Source of the DNA: Botryllus schlosseri
Lineage: Eukaryota
Reading direction: 5' to 3'
DNA: 64,000 bases
NCBI GenBank assembly: GCA_051294905.1
Contig: CM119371.1
Span: forward strand, 3,164,001-3,228,000
The notes under the pieces were generated by a model, which saw only the letters and a program-made list of their open reading frames with translations, was not told the origin of the DNA and searched no databases. A program made the position numbers and the translations under genes. This document shows, in pieces, positions 1 through 13,260 of this stretch (the stretch's first letter is position 1; every line of letters starts with the position of its first letter).

Positions 1-1145
1 CTCCATCCTGTTCTAAAGATCGAGACAACTGACTATCATCCCTAATTTTGAAAATTGAGCAGCTTATGAAATTAGTCGCGTGTGAGATATCATCAAATCA
101 ATGGTTGGTTTGTTTTAAATAAACATGCCTTTCGACTTAGTCACAAGGAGAGCCAAATATGATCTGCGATACACCGGTTTACCAATTCTCACTAATCTAA
201 ATAACATGCTTCAGGATGTATTTTTGAAAATATTTATCAGGCCATATTTGCCAAGGGAAATGTTTGATAGCAGTGGAAGTAGTTGAATATCACAAACACT
301 TTAGTAGTTCAGAAATGCCGGTAAAAAAACCTAATTGGATATCCTAAAAAAGTCCAAGTACTTCATTGCCGGCCTATTGTGGTCAGACCTGATATTTGCG
401 TACTATTGATATTAGGACATGCTTCCAGGGTTGTAACCAAGTCACATGGTTCCGAGTCACGAGTCAATCATACTTTTGTGGTTTTGACTCGAGTCGAGTC
501 GAGTCATTTTCAATTCATCACAGACTCGAGTCCGAGTCCAAGTCACCGTTTAAAGGGTCAAGTCCGAGTCATGGTGTTATGACTCGAGTCGAGTCCAAGT
601 CACAGTATTGAAGTCATGTTCAACTTATGTTTTCAATCCTGCTTAGGTGATATCGAATTCCTTGTTTGCGAAACATGCTCATTTTGTCCCTATCAGAGTC
701 TTGACACGTGTTTATTTAGGCAGATAACGGACAGGTCCTGGCCTCATTTACCGATGCTAAATAAAACTTTACTAATCTTAGAACTTAAAAATCAAATATC
801 TCTCTTGTCAGTCTGATACATCACCAATACAAGCATTCAGTTTTTATTATGAGCACATCGACGATAGCTCACGAATAGCTGATAGAGAACCAACGAATTC
901 ACGTCTACATACTATCTGATAGAGAACCAACAAATTCACGTCAAGATACTAGTTGATAGAGAATCAATAGATGCATGTTTATGTAGAGGTATTTACAACA
1001 GGCCAGCATGCTGTACAAGCGTGCATGCAACTATGTGCATTGTGCAGTGACAACAGAACAGATACCTATTGATTATACTAAAGGTTTTCCCAATTGCATT
1101 ACAGACTACATCGCAGTTACAGCATTGGATAAATAATTGTACAAT

Positions 1146-1982
1146 GGGGCTGTTCAAAAACATTTTTTCAAATTTTCCGGCTACTTCTTAAAATTGCTAG
1201 ATTGCCTAAAAAATCAAATTTGGCTCAATTCCAACCTGTAGAAAGCAATGCTATGAAAGAAAATTTTAGACTAATTACAAATAGAGATTTTAGAATTTTA
1301 CCGGCTATCTCATGATATAGTTACATTGTGTAAAAATATGATTCATAGCAAATTTGACTCAATTCCAACTAGAAAAAGTGAAGTTATTAGAGTAGAATGT
1401 TTTGGTAGGCTTACCATATTTTGGAAATCAAAAAAGAGGACACTTTTTCAGAAATTTGCAACTGGCAAATCCGGAGTCAAATTCTCATCACTTCCGCTCA
1501 GAGCTAAAAAAAAAAAGGTCATATTTTCGCTCAGAGCTAAAATCACCGTTTTTCACTCCGAAATACCCGCCGGAGCTTCACTTCAGTGCTAATATGCGGC
1601 ATATCACTCGCAATTTGCTCTAAATCTGCCTAAATTTTCAAAAAAGAGGACAAAATCTCAAAAAAGAGGACAAAAGGGCGTCCTCCGAGGACACTTTCAA
1701 AAAAGTCAAAAAAGAGGACAAATCCTCTTAAAAGAGGACGCATGGTAAGCCTAGTTTTGGATATGAAAAAATAGTCGGCTTACTATTATGTAATTATATT
1801 ATATGAAAGAATTTCTCACTAAAATACTCCATTTATTTTAAAATCCAAAATATTCTCCTCTCACATCATTGATTCCACTTTTTTCAAATTAAGCCAGATT
1901 CAGTGTTCCTTTTATGCAACATAACAATTTTATCAAGTAACCACCCAGTAAAATAAAAAAGAAGTTATTTTAGAACAGCCAT
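1146..1982. mobile_element. MITE with GGGGCTGTTCAAAAA-type ends and apparent AT TSD, nested in the hAT element
   Basis: GGCTGTTC / GAACAGCC inverted ends flanked by AT; shares internal AAATTTGGCTCAATTCCAACC repeats with copies at about 29470-30042, 41247-41728 and 51330-51790. Confidence 0.6.
1406..1753. mobile_element. hAT (Blackjack/Tip100-like) MITE
   Basis: TIRs TAGGCTTACCAT / ATGGTAAGCCTA; flanking duplication GTTTTGG (7 bp visible); AAAAGAGGACA subterminal repeats; inverted relative at 61027-61446. Confidence 0.8.
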
Positions 1983-2098
1983 ATTGTACAAACATCACAC
2001 AACATTAGCCATTCATTATTATACTCACGTGCACAATGCACATACCTAACAAAACGTCAAATGGACGAGGGGCATTATGTGTTTTCACAGACAGCAGA

Positions 2099-2400
2099 TC
2101 AAATCAATTTGTTACACCTCAAAAATACTAATGTGGAAAGGAGATCCTCAGATATGTTAAAGCGGCATGGTCGTAGAATGAATCCACATCTACTGAATAC
2201 ACGTTCCACTAGTGCACTAGATGCAGGAATTGACAAGCATTTTTGAACCACACTGAAGAGCATTGAATACTCATTCTTTCTAGTCGCCCAAAAATGCAAA
2301 GAATCATCGCCTTCAAATCTACACATGAGCTTATCAGTCTCTTGATCATCTGAGTCATTTCATTGGCTCTAATTGAACTTTGCTTCAATTGTTTGCTTGT
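2099..2400 (-). pseudogene. hAT transposase C-terminal dimerisation domain remnant
   Basis: ORF 2099..2326 reads LHFW...YSMLFSVVQKCLSIPASSALVERVFS...LVFLRCN, matching the hAT dimerisation motif (W...L.IPASSA..ER.FS); no catalytic core seen upstream. Confidence 0.85.
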
Positions 2401-5400
2401 ATAATTGAAAAGTCTTGAGTACTTTAATTGCGGAGGATCTATTACCTCTTCATCACTGGACGATTTTGTACAATGCATCATTGCTACTATGTATCATTTT
2501 CTGTTGTTTTTACGGTGGCATATCTGATATGAGACAAGTGCAACGAAAGCAGTGGTGACAAATAGCGATGTCGGCAGAATTCGTCGGATGCGTTGATCTG
2601 GCCATTACGATTCGCAAATTTCTTCATCTTCAAGTCATATAAAATAAGCCGAGTCAATGACTTGGGTCGAGTCATGCGTAATGACTCGAGTACAAGTCGA
2701 GTCAAGCCAAATATTGACTCGAGTCGAGTCGAGTCATTTTCCCATTCCGAGAAAATGACTCGAGTCAAGTCGAGTCATAAAAAAGTCGTGACTCGAGTCT
2801 GACTCGAGTCGAGTCATGACTCGAGTCATTACAACCCTGCATGCTTCGGTATTGATATCTACGCATCAAAAAGAGCTTAAGAATAATTCAAAACTCGTAT
2901 CTGCGCAGTATTGAGGGCCGGGTATTCTACGGAACTGATTGTGCCCGGTGAAAGCTGGTATATACGCTCTATTTGGGGTCAGACATGCATCGGCGTGGAC
3001 ATATGTGCACGAAAAACAGTGCCACCGATGCCTCATACCAAGCTTTAGATTCTCGCAACAATTGTATCCGGACATGGACCGGAGCTGATATGTGAACTTC
3101 AAAATAGCCCTGACATGGCACGCACTCGATATCGTCGCACTGAATGGACTCATACATGCTTCAAACGTGATATCCCCGCGCTATCCACCTTGCAAACAAT
3201 GCGCGATCCGAGATAACTTTTAAATGACATTTATACACGCAGACGCAGTTACTATTACTTCCGATTTTTTTTTCTAGATTGCGATTAAAATTACTTGAAG
3301 ATGCTGCAATCGTCGAAATCGCTTGCAATTATAAATATGATTACCCCATGTCTGCTCCAAATGCATTTTGTCATTTTTCGCCAGCAACAAGATAAAACAT
3401 GACCAAACATCAACAAAGGATTATTTCAACAACTATTCTATTCAGCAAATTCAATTGCAACACATTGTAAAATGAGTAGCTAGATGGAACTCTATTGAAC
3501 GACTCCATCAATCAACTCGGGATAAAAGTTGAAACAATAAATAGATTAGTTAATTCGATATGGCGCGTCACTTCGTGCCTCCAGATCATTGAATCAGCAT
3601 CCCCTACCCACATGATTCGGTTTATCGCTTAGTGTGACATGAAGTATGACGTGCTGAAAATTCCATGCATCAACACTTCTGCGCGTGACTGAAATCGTAG
3701 TTGTTTCCGGAATAATCTGTTAGAGGCAGTCATTTTGCAGCATAGAGATTTGCGCAGCGTTCCTTTATGCGTGTGACAAATGCGCGCGATTCGGCAGCGA
3801 AGTCAAATCGGTTAGTTTCATAAATAAAATTAATTGGAAAGCAAGTAACGGTTACCATTCTTGACGAAATGGTTTTATTAAGCAACATGTTCTATTACCG
3901 CTTACAAACTAGCTTCAATGCTATGTGCATTCCATTGATAGTTCAAGCATCATCATAATATTTCAGTCGACTGATGAAACATCTTGGTGCAAAGCTCTAT
4001 AACAGTAATTCGCAAACTTTTTTTAAACACGCTCATTGATAGTGGTAATTATCGCGCCCCTAGTATCACATTATAAAACTATTATCAAGAGCAACAAGAA
4101 TATTTGCGTTCATAATGCATACTTTGATGGCATTTGAGGTTATGACTGTTGAGAGACCTTCCAAATATGAAATTCAGACTATACCCAGGCCAATTACCAG
4201 TTGGAGCGTGGCCAATGGTTGAAGTGAATCTCGGTGGACGAGAAAAAAATATATCGTTGAATAATTTGTCAAGAATAATCATGTCCTGTCCACGTATCAC
4301 GTAGCATATACATACTTTAGAAATTTTGGTGTCAAATGCCTTTTATTTCCTCACTTGGGCTATAGGCTCAATCAAAAACCATAATTTCTAAAGATCCAAA
4401 ATCATTTCACACATGTCATCAAAAGCATGTCACACATGGCGTATAACATGACCTGATAAGAAAATAATTTATTTCTTCATAACGTTGTCTCCTACTACGC
4501 ACTCTGCACAGATGGCTCACAGACAGACCATAAAAACATTAGCTAACACATACACGCAAGTTACTCCTAATTCGTGGTCATTCCGATCGTTAGGTTCGAT
4601 GTATGGATGGTACGAAGCCATCATGGCATATGAAATCGTACTATAATTCGGATTATTGACATTGTTTAAACATGGAAGTTTCCGCACCCATTAAACTCAC
4701 TCTGAGTTCGAGAAACTCCGCTTTACTCAGGCGGCTTACCGCCAGGGCTTTGGAGCCGGAGCCGGAGCCCGGAGTCGGAACCCCGGAGCCATGCATTTTC
4801 ACCGGAGCTGGAGCCGGAGCCGGAGCCGGAGCTCTACATAAAATTCAGCCAGAGCCGGAGCCGGAGCTGGAGCCCACGATTTGAGGAGTAGCTCAGGCTC
4901 CGACGTTTTTCATAATATGCTAATATATATGCAACAACCACATCTGCTGATTTATCATAATTGAACAGCAGGCCTGAATTTTAATGCTGTGTACAGCAAT
5001 GGCATAGAGTAAAGTGCGTTCTAGTGCAACTATGATGTTATCGACCAGCATTGACAAGTATTCATTATAACGTCACAAGCCGGAACGGCGGCACCTATGT
5101 CTTCGTTGCTACATCGGATGTAACTGTCGGTTGACAAACTCTAGATTACTATAGATAACTAACCTATGTGTAGATCAGTAATCTATATAGACCAGAAATG
5201 GCCACCTTGTTCGGCTAAAGGGGCACATGAAATTGACGAACGAGTGCGCGGTCCACTAGCCGCGCTAAGCGGGTAAAATTTTCAAAGTTTATATATAAAC
5301 TAGGTCAATAATATTATTACTTGAGTATATTGCGGGTCTACTGTATACCGCCCGCTAGGCCCAATTTGCAAGGACACGACTATTCGGCGTCTGGCCACAT

Positions 5401-5819
5401 CGATATCGAAGGTCTCCGATAACATGCGACTATGATTTTGCGCCTACATTTCATCGTCGACGATCTTTATGCGAGCGCAAACGCGAAAAGACTTTCTCCC
5501 GTAATTGCGAATAGACTCAATCGGGTAAATTGGGCGTTTTTTTCATTTTCGATAGGGGGTAGGCTACCAAGCAAGAAATCGTGTGACAATTAAACACGCG
5601 AAGCGTGAAGAAAAATTTCGCCACTATTTTAGTTTATTGTAATGTACGACGATTTACTCAAAATGTGACTGTACCATGGATCTGCCAATGCGTCGGAACT
5701 GATATTTTAGTCATCAACATCCCAAGTGTCGCAGCCATACTTGTAATTTTTGGTTGGCATTGCAAGTTCACAATCTGAGCAATTTATTTTCGATAATAAG
5801 TAGTATTATACACGGTAAC

Positions 5820-6275
5820 GAGGCGCGCCCCAATCAGCGTCGAGTATTTGATCACGTGACATCTGTTAGCCAATCAGAATGCAGAACGAAGTGGGTGTGG
5901 TTCCAATACGAGAGAGGTTTTGGTTGTGCGAGAGATGCCATAGTTCCAGTCCAGTAACGCTGAGATATTTATTACGTCATGTTTGCGTAAGTTGATTACC
6001 TTCAATATGATTGCGTATTGCAGTTGAAGCATGTACAGTATTGATTACGTCATATGCGCAGTTGATTACTTTAGTTATTTCGAGAGCGTCTTTGCTTAGT
6101 TCCAGTAATGCTGAGATATGATTACGTCATGATTGCGTCTAGTTCCAGTCCAATAACACTGAGAAATATTTACGTCATTATGATTGCGTATTACAGTTGA
6201 AGCATGTTCAGTAATGATTACGTCATATGCGTAGTTGATTACTTTAGTAACGCTGAGATATGATTACGTCAATAT
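5820..6275 (+). promoter_or_regulatory. Putative subterminal promoter/enhancer motif cluster, left arm
   Basis: CCAAT boxes (about 5830, 5870, 5903), E-box TCACGTGAC (5852-5860), GT box GGGTGTGG, six TTACGTCA ATF/CRE-like sites (5972, 6045, 6122, 6170, 6218, 6264). Motif evidence only. Confidence 0.5.
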
Positions 6276-9200
6276 TGCGTTGATCGCCTTTGTTATTGCA
6301 GTTGAAGCAAGTGCAAGGCAGTATACAACGTGTAATATTTATTACATGATTATTCGCTGTACGCTGTAGATTGAATATGTGTAATAATATAAAAATTGGC
6401 TAAAATTGTGAATATCTAATCATTGTGAAAATAGCAATTATCTCATGTTGTTGATGAAAATGATCAGCTTACGTTGTTATAAGCTCCTAAGCATGATTTA
6501 AATATGTTTTAAATATTTCATTTTTTAAATAATATTACTTTGCTTCTAACTTTGGAATAATAATTATTGATAATATTTTCATTATTCATTGAAATCATTG
6601 TAGCTTATAACGGTGTACATCTTTTAAATATTATTGTAATGATTTCAATTAATAACAAAAAAATATTATCAATAATTATTATTCCAAGTTAGAACCAAAG
6701 TAATATTTTTTTCAAAAATGGAATATTTAAAAAATATTTAAACCATGCTTTGGAGCTTATAACAGCGTAAGCTGATTATTTTCATCAACTACACAAGATA
6801 ATTGCTAATTTCACAATGATAACATATTCAGTCATAATATAAAAATTGGCTAATATTGTGAATATCGAATCATTGTGAAATTAGCAATTATCTCATGTTG
6901 TTGATGAAAATGATCAGCTTACGTTATTATAAGCACCAAAGCATGATTTAAATATTTTCAAATATTCCACTTTTTAAATATTATTGCTTTGGTTCTAACT
7001 TTGAAACAACAATTATTTATAATATTTTTTCATTATTCATTGAAATCATTGTAGCTTATAACGGGTGAACTGAACATCTTTTTAATAATATTGTTGCTTT
7101 GTGAATATCTTATTGATTTTTAGTTAAATTATCGATTATCTTGTATAGTTGATAAATTAGTTTGTATAAAAGAAGTTCACTGTTATAATCTACATGATTT
7201 CAATGATTATTAAAAATAATTTTAATATTAAATCTAACAAAGTAATAATATAAAAAAAATTGGCGAATATTGTGAATATCTTATCATTGTGAAATTAGCA
7301 ATTATCTCGTGTTGTTGATGAAAATAATCATCTCACGTTGTATTAGGATTTATTTTACAAAACTGTAGTGTAAAGGTCTTTAGTACTTTGGAAAAAGTAG
7401 TTTCTTTCTACTTTACTAAATTTGATGTAAAGTGTTCGACGATTTAAAAAATTTGTATTTATTTTTCAAAATTCCCAGTATAAAAGTTTTTACAAAATCG
7501 ACTTGAGTAAGTACTGTCACTAGGCAAACCCTAGCAGAGTGTACTCTGATAAATGTAGTAGTAGTAATCGATTATCGCGAAATAAATAGATAACATACAA
7601 TATGTGCTTTGCTACGATATCTCATAAATACTTTCATTTAATGTATACAAGTAGGTTATTTATACGTTAAGCCAAGAATAAAAAATTAACGCTGTCTCCA
7701 TAGAAAGATATGTAAATATACTAGAACGGTTACATCTGGACGCCTGCAAGTAAGAACGTAAGCTGGTCATTTTCATCAACAACATGAGATAATTGCTAAT
7801 TTCACAATGATTAGATATTCACAATATAAGCCAATTTCTATATCATTACTGAATATCTTATCATTGTGAGGTTTATTCAACTCTCATTAATCCGGGATTC
7901 TAGAACTACTGAAGTCTCATGGAATTATAAAATACCGTGCTTTGCAAACAATGTAAAAATAATAGAAGCGAAGTTAGCTTGGTTCCCTGGGGACATCTAT
8001 GCCTTTGTCAGGAATGTTCATCCAACGATTAGGTAATTGAATACGCGCGCTTATCAATGCGTCTTGAAAAGCTAGTGGACGGGAAGTGAATACCCTAGAC
8101 AAGTCCGAACCTGTATATATTGCAGCATATTAGAGATAGCTTGCGCAATAGCCCTAAATACAACAAAATGCGGAGAGCTGATATCGCAATAGGTGCGCGG
8201 TATTTGACAATAACAAAACCCAATTGTTCGAACTTAGTGGATCCCATACCGCATTGTTAGCTCTAAATACTTAACCATTGAAAAATCTATTCCCCAATGA
8301 GTTAGACAGCAATGCGTTAGTCGTAGCGATTCAATCGCGTGCTCTATAATAACAAAAACACAAATGACTTGGTGGATATCACTGCTAGCTCTAAATACCA
8401 GTCGCATAGCTGAGGCTAAATGCCGTAAATAACTACTGAGTTGGCCGAGTGGTGACTTACTCGCTCGGAAATCGTCACTTCTTGCACTTTACTAAAAATT
8501 TGCTGCTACTAAAATGGTAAAATGTACTTTTTTCAATGGCCTTGATGAGCAGCGTCAGTTTCATCTATATCCTATCATGCATTTTCGCACAGCAGAATGA
8601 CTTATCGCATCGTAAAATATCAAAAATACATCGAGAATCTGCAGACCCACACTGCGAAATATTTGAGTTTTACGAATTATCCTTCAAAGTGAGCATACAT
8701 ATTGGATATCATCCAAACCCTCTCGATATCGAAATAATTGATTATTTGGAGTACTCAAGTATAGGTTTCGCCTGCTTGGGCTATACTTAATCAAGCGATT
8801 ATCTGTTTAGACTAGAGTTTTCAGTTATCAGACAAATAATACCTTCAATACTTACTTTTTTTAGTCACTCGGAAATCAGCACATCATGTACTTTGGAAGA
8901 AATTTACTGGTAATAGAATGTTGAAATGTACTTTTCCATTGGCCTTGATGAGCGGGCCCAGTTTCATCTATATCCTACCATGCGTTTTCACACTTCAGAA
9001 TGACTTATCACAATGAAAAATAGCACAAATACATCGAGAATTGGCGGAGTCTCACTATACGATAATTGAGTTTTACAAATTATCCTTCGAAGTGAACCTA
9101 CATGTTGGGTATTATCCAAAACCTCGTAGAATGTCGCTCCGAGCGACAAATCCTTTGAATTAAGGTGGAAGCAGCTATTTCCGACTAAGTAAAATGTTAG

Positions 9201-10572
9201 TATTCTAGGTCAATTTCTGCTTAATTCTGAAACTATAGTGGATTTGAAGCAGTATAATATCATAAACACTTGAGAGTATTTGGTACATGTACACTAAAAA
9301 CTTACTTGAGTATACTCTGAAGAAGTCAACATTTACTTGTTTAGCAGCTCGGAAATCATCACTTCTTGTACTTTACTAGAAATTCACTGCTGATGAATGA
9401 GTAATCGACTTTAGTCGATATTTTCGTACTACGAAACTGAAGAATGAATAGACGCGTTTTCGAACTATAGAAGGATATAGTCTCTACAAAATGTTTTTGA
9501 TATCAAAATAACTTTTTTACATGAGTGGTCACGTATCTTAATATTCAAATAACCCAACACAGAACTAGTATTACAAGAATATCATAGTTCTTGTACCAAA
9601 GTTGTGTGTGCACAATATATGTTTAAGGTAAGTCCTACACATTCATGATTTCGTCCGAGTTTGTATTTTAGAAAATAATATACCGACATCGCGACATCTT
9701 TCAAAAACAAAACCATGATCACTGCTTGAGAGACCTATCAATGTCATCACAGTAATCTTGTAACTTCCACAAAAGAGTAGATATGTATTTGACTTTCGTT
9801 CCACAAAGCTAACGCGCAAACAATTTACTTTACTAACGAGAAGTATCGAGTAATCGAATGATTTTCCCTTACATCAAAACAAATAGAATGTAGATTGTAC
9901 AACTATATTTCTAACGTTCCCAACCCTTTGCACACCGCAGTTGTAAATCACACAAGCAACAAGTTTCGAGAAACGAGTTATTGAATAACGTGAAAGTGTT
10001 TTTCCAGTGTCAAGTCGTTATGTTGATTAAAGCATATAATGTAATACCATGAAGTGAGACTTCGAAACCATCGGCAGTTCTCCATGAGCAAATATCGTGT
10101 TCTACAAGTGTTAAGATATAGTATTATGTAGCTAGTAATTGATGCACGTAAACTCGGGATCGAACCAACGTGTGTTAACTTGCGTTATTATGTACCTAGT
10201 AATTGGTGTGAGTAATGCCGCAACTGCTGTTGTTCAATGCATTTACCATGTTCTTAGCAAGCATCTTAATAAGGATAGACAGCCCTAAGCAAATAATGTA
10301 AGTATGTATGTATGAATGATTGGTCTAATGATGCTTAACGACAGAAGCTGGTCTTCTATTCTATATTCCGAAATAATCAAGTTCGTGGTTTACCAACACC
10401 TAGCCTCATAGAAACTTGGTAGAATCACTTATAAATCCTCACGTTCACTTAACTAAATCTAATTTGATACTCGAGTACTGAACCTTAATTTTCCAGCAGT
10501 GTGATAGACGCCGTCAGATGGTACTCAACATCGCATAATTCTGCTCGAATACAAGTAAAAGTACAGATTTCA

Positions 10573-10573
<1 letters not shown>

Positions 10574-10605
<32 letters not shown>

Positions 10606-10621
10606 GGTAAGTAAGTGAGTA
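10574..10621 (+). repeat. (AGTA)n microsatellite in the left arm
   Basis: 8 perfect units then variants; the mirror copy at 15874-15909 has 9 perfect units. Confidence 0.95.
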
Positions 10622-13218
10622 ACTGGTTGTTTGTAGACTATATCTCCACTTCTACCTTTCAGAGATGTTGAGCAGAGAAGTACATGTGTTTCTTCAAAGT
10701 AGTCAAGTAGGTTTTTGGCTACATGCACCAACTACTCAAGTGTTTATGATATAGACCTGTTTCGAATTCAAGACAGTTTCAGTATTAAACAAAAATGGAC
10801 CTTGAATACTAACTTTTTATAATGTGAAATTTTAAATGCATAAACGAAGAAACGTCACTTTTACAATGCTTCGGTATGATTTCTATATTATTCCACTCTC
10901 GTTATTGGACTGCGGTGTGACGGTGAGCTATATCTCGATGCCCGGGCTTCCGAATTAATTTTTTCGATTTATTCTACCCTATGTAGATTTAACATAAGGA
11001 AGGTTATTTCACTCATAAAATTTGAAATACGTATTTGCTCGAGTTAAAGCCATAACGCTTGGAGTGAAATTTTACATGGTTTTCGTTAATATCCAACTTG
11101 GCTAATTCCGAAATGTAAATTGAAAAACTGAAATATCGCATAGTAGGACTTCGCAAATTTTCGATATATTTTTGCTATTTTTTCATGGTGATAAGTCATT
11201 CGGGACGGTGAAATGCATTATAGGAAATAGATGAAACTGGTACAATTCATCAAGACCCCTGAAAAAAGTACATTACATTTCAACATTTTATTAGCAGGTA
11301 ATCGAAATACCACAAACTGTGCTAACCTTCGGAGTTGTTAAGGAAAGAAGTACTCGCACTTCTTCGGAGTAGCCTACCCAAGTAGGTTTTTCGCCTCGAT
11401 GCACCAAATACTCTCAAATCCATATGATATTGGAGTGCTTCAACTTCATGATAGTTATAGTATTAAGCGGAAATATACCTGGAGTACTAACGGTTTACTT
11501 ACTCGGAAATGACTACTTCTATCTTATTTTAAAGGATTCCTCGCTCGACGCGAAATTTTATTAGGTTTTGAATAATATCCAACATGTAAGTTCACTTTGA
11601 AGGCTACTTCGTAAAACTCAAATATTGCACAGTGAGAGTTCGTTAATTCTCGATGTATTTTTTGGTATTTTTATTGCGGTAAGTCATTCTGCAGCGCGAA
11701 AATGCATCGTAGGATATAGATGAAACTGACAACGCTCACCAATACCACTGGACCACAGAAAAAGTACGTTTCAATATTTTAGTAGCAGTAAATTCCTAGT
11801 AAAGTACAAGAAGTGATGATTTCCGAGTGAGTTAAAAAGTAAGTATTGTAGGTATAATTTGGTCGAAAACCGAAAACTCTGAAATAGAAGTAGATGCAGT
11901 GTAAAAAAGTTAATGACTTGATTAAGTATAGCACAAGCAGACCAAACCTATACTTGAGTACTTCAAAATGTACAAGTACTTCGCTATGGACTCCCTCTAC
12001 GTAAAAAGTGACTAGGTTTTAGACTACTTTATCGGTACTTGACAGTTTCAATTTTAGATAAGATTTGGAATAAAAACTAGCTCATTCACCCACTTGGAAA
12101 TCTCTTCTTCAACCTGTACTTGAGCGTAACAAGTGAATCTCATTTAATATTAATTCTACACGTACACTTGACCATATTTTAGGACTTACATAATTACTTT
12201 TCCATATATTTGAAGTCAAGTCTGTCAAATAGCAGTATATGTTACGATGAGCTTATATTCGTTCTGTTTGCTCATCTTGACTAATGATATTCACTCGGTG
12301 AGCTCTCCAGTAATAGCCTTGGGACTTAGAACAGTGTTATATGACATCATAGCGATACAAGGTTACGACAGTTTATAATTAGCTACCTTACGACACCAAA
12401 TTTCGTTAGTTCATCTCCACCTTCAAATACCGTCTTATACAAATATTGTGTATACGCAACAAATACATATATGGCTATGTTGTTGCAATCTGCAAAAAAG
12501 TACCCCCCTGAGTAACCAATTTCTGGTAGGCTATGCATACAAATGAGGACAGTTACATCAACGAGTCGTAACTTGTTGTATTATGTAGCTAGTAATTAGT
12601 GCAAGCAAGTCCGCAACTACTGTTCAAGACCTTTTCCGCGTTTTTTGTCAAGCATCCTCGTAAGGACAGACAGTCCCAATCAGCTAATGTAAGTGTGTAT
12701 GTATGTATGAGGGGTCTTATGACGGTTGACGAATGAAGTTGGTCGTCTATTCTATTCCGAAATAATCAAGTTAGTGGTTTTTAACAGCACCTCACCTCAT
12801 AGAAACTTCAGTAGAATAACTTATAACTCCTCACGTTTACTCAACTAAATCTAATTTGATAATCAAGTACTGAATCTTAATTTTCAAACGAGTTCAAATT
12901 TTACTCTAACTTATGAGATAACATATAATAACTTTTCACGATGCAATGTATTTTACAGCATGAGCCAAGTGATTTCGTAATTAACACAAGATAATTAAAT
13001 GAATTTCTAGAGTATTATAAGACATTCGTGTCATCCTCCTTCGTATATCATAAAAGAATATCTACTGCAGTCGATTTGTAATTATTTGCGCTGTGTTTGA
13101 TTAACTCAATCATGTCACAGGGATTTTTAATAAAAAAAACTCTTTTACAGCATAAACCAAATAATTTCATAATAAACACAAGCTAATTTCATAATAAACA
13201 TAAAAATATTTCCGCGCC

Positions 13219-13260
13219 CTCCTAAACCTAATTCCTCCTAACCCTATAACCTAATCCGGA
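13219..13260. other. Non-palindromic centre of the giant inverted repeat
   Basis: CTCCTAAACCTAATTCCTCCTAACCCTATAACCTAATCCGGA between TTTCCGCGCC and GGCGCGGAAA. Confidence 0.9.

Larger units (their letters stand above)
426..2839 (-). mobile_element. hAT-superfamily DNA transposon, internally deleted/defective
   Basis: TIRs CAGGGTTGTAA / TTACAACCCTG; exact 8-bp TSD CATGCTTC (418-425, 2840-2847); GACTCGAGTC subterminal repeats; transposase remnant inside. Confidence 0.9.

Noticed and set aside
2866..3157. GC-richer minus-strand ORFs as exons
   Set aside because: No recognisable domain or consistent splice structure.
4672..4884. EPEPEP/GAGAGA ORF
   Set aside because: It is a translation of the GGAGCC subterminal repeats of a MITE.
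8536..8790. 84-aa ORF (identical mirror at 17693..17947) as a gene
   Set aside because: The identity is just the palindrome; paralogous modules at about 8940 and 11560-11760 do not keep the frame, and no domain is recognisable.
13219..13260. True telomere or chromosome end-to-end fusion at the palindrome centre
   Set aside because: Only one exact TAACCC, repeats on one strand only rather than head-to-head, and the palindrome has discrete ends with a TSD.
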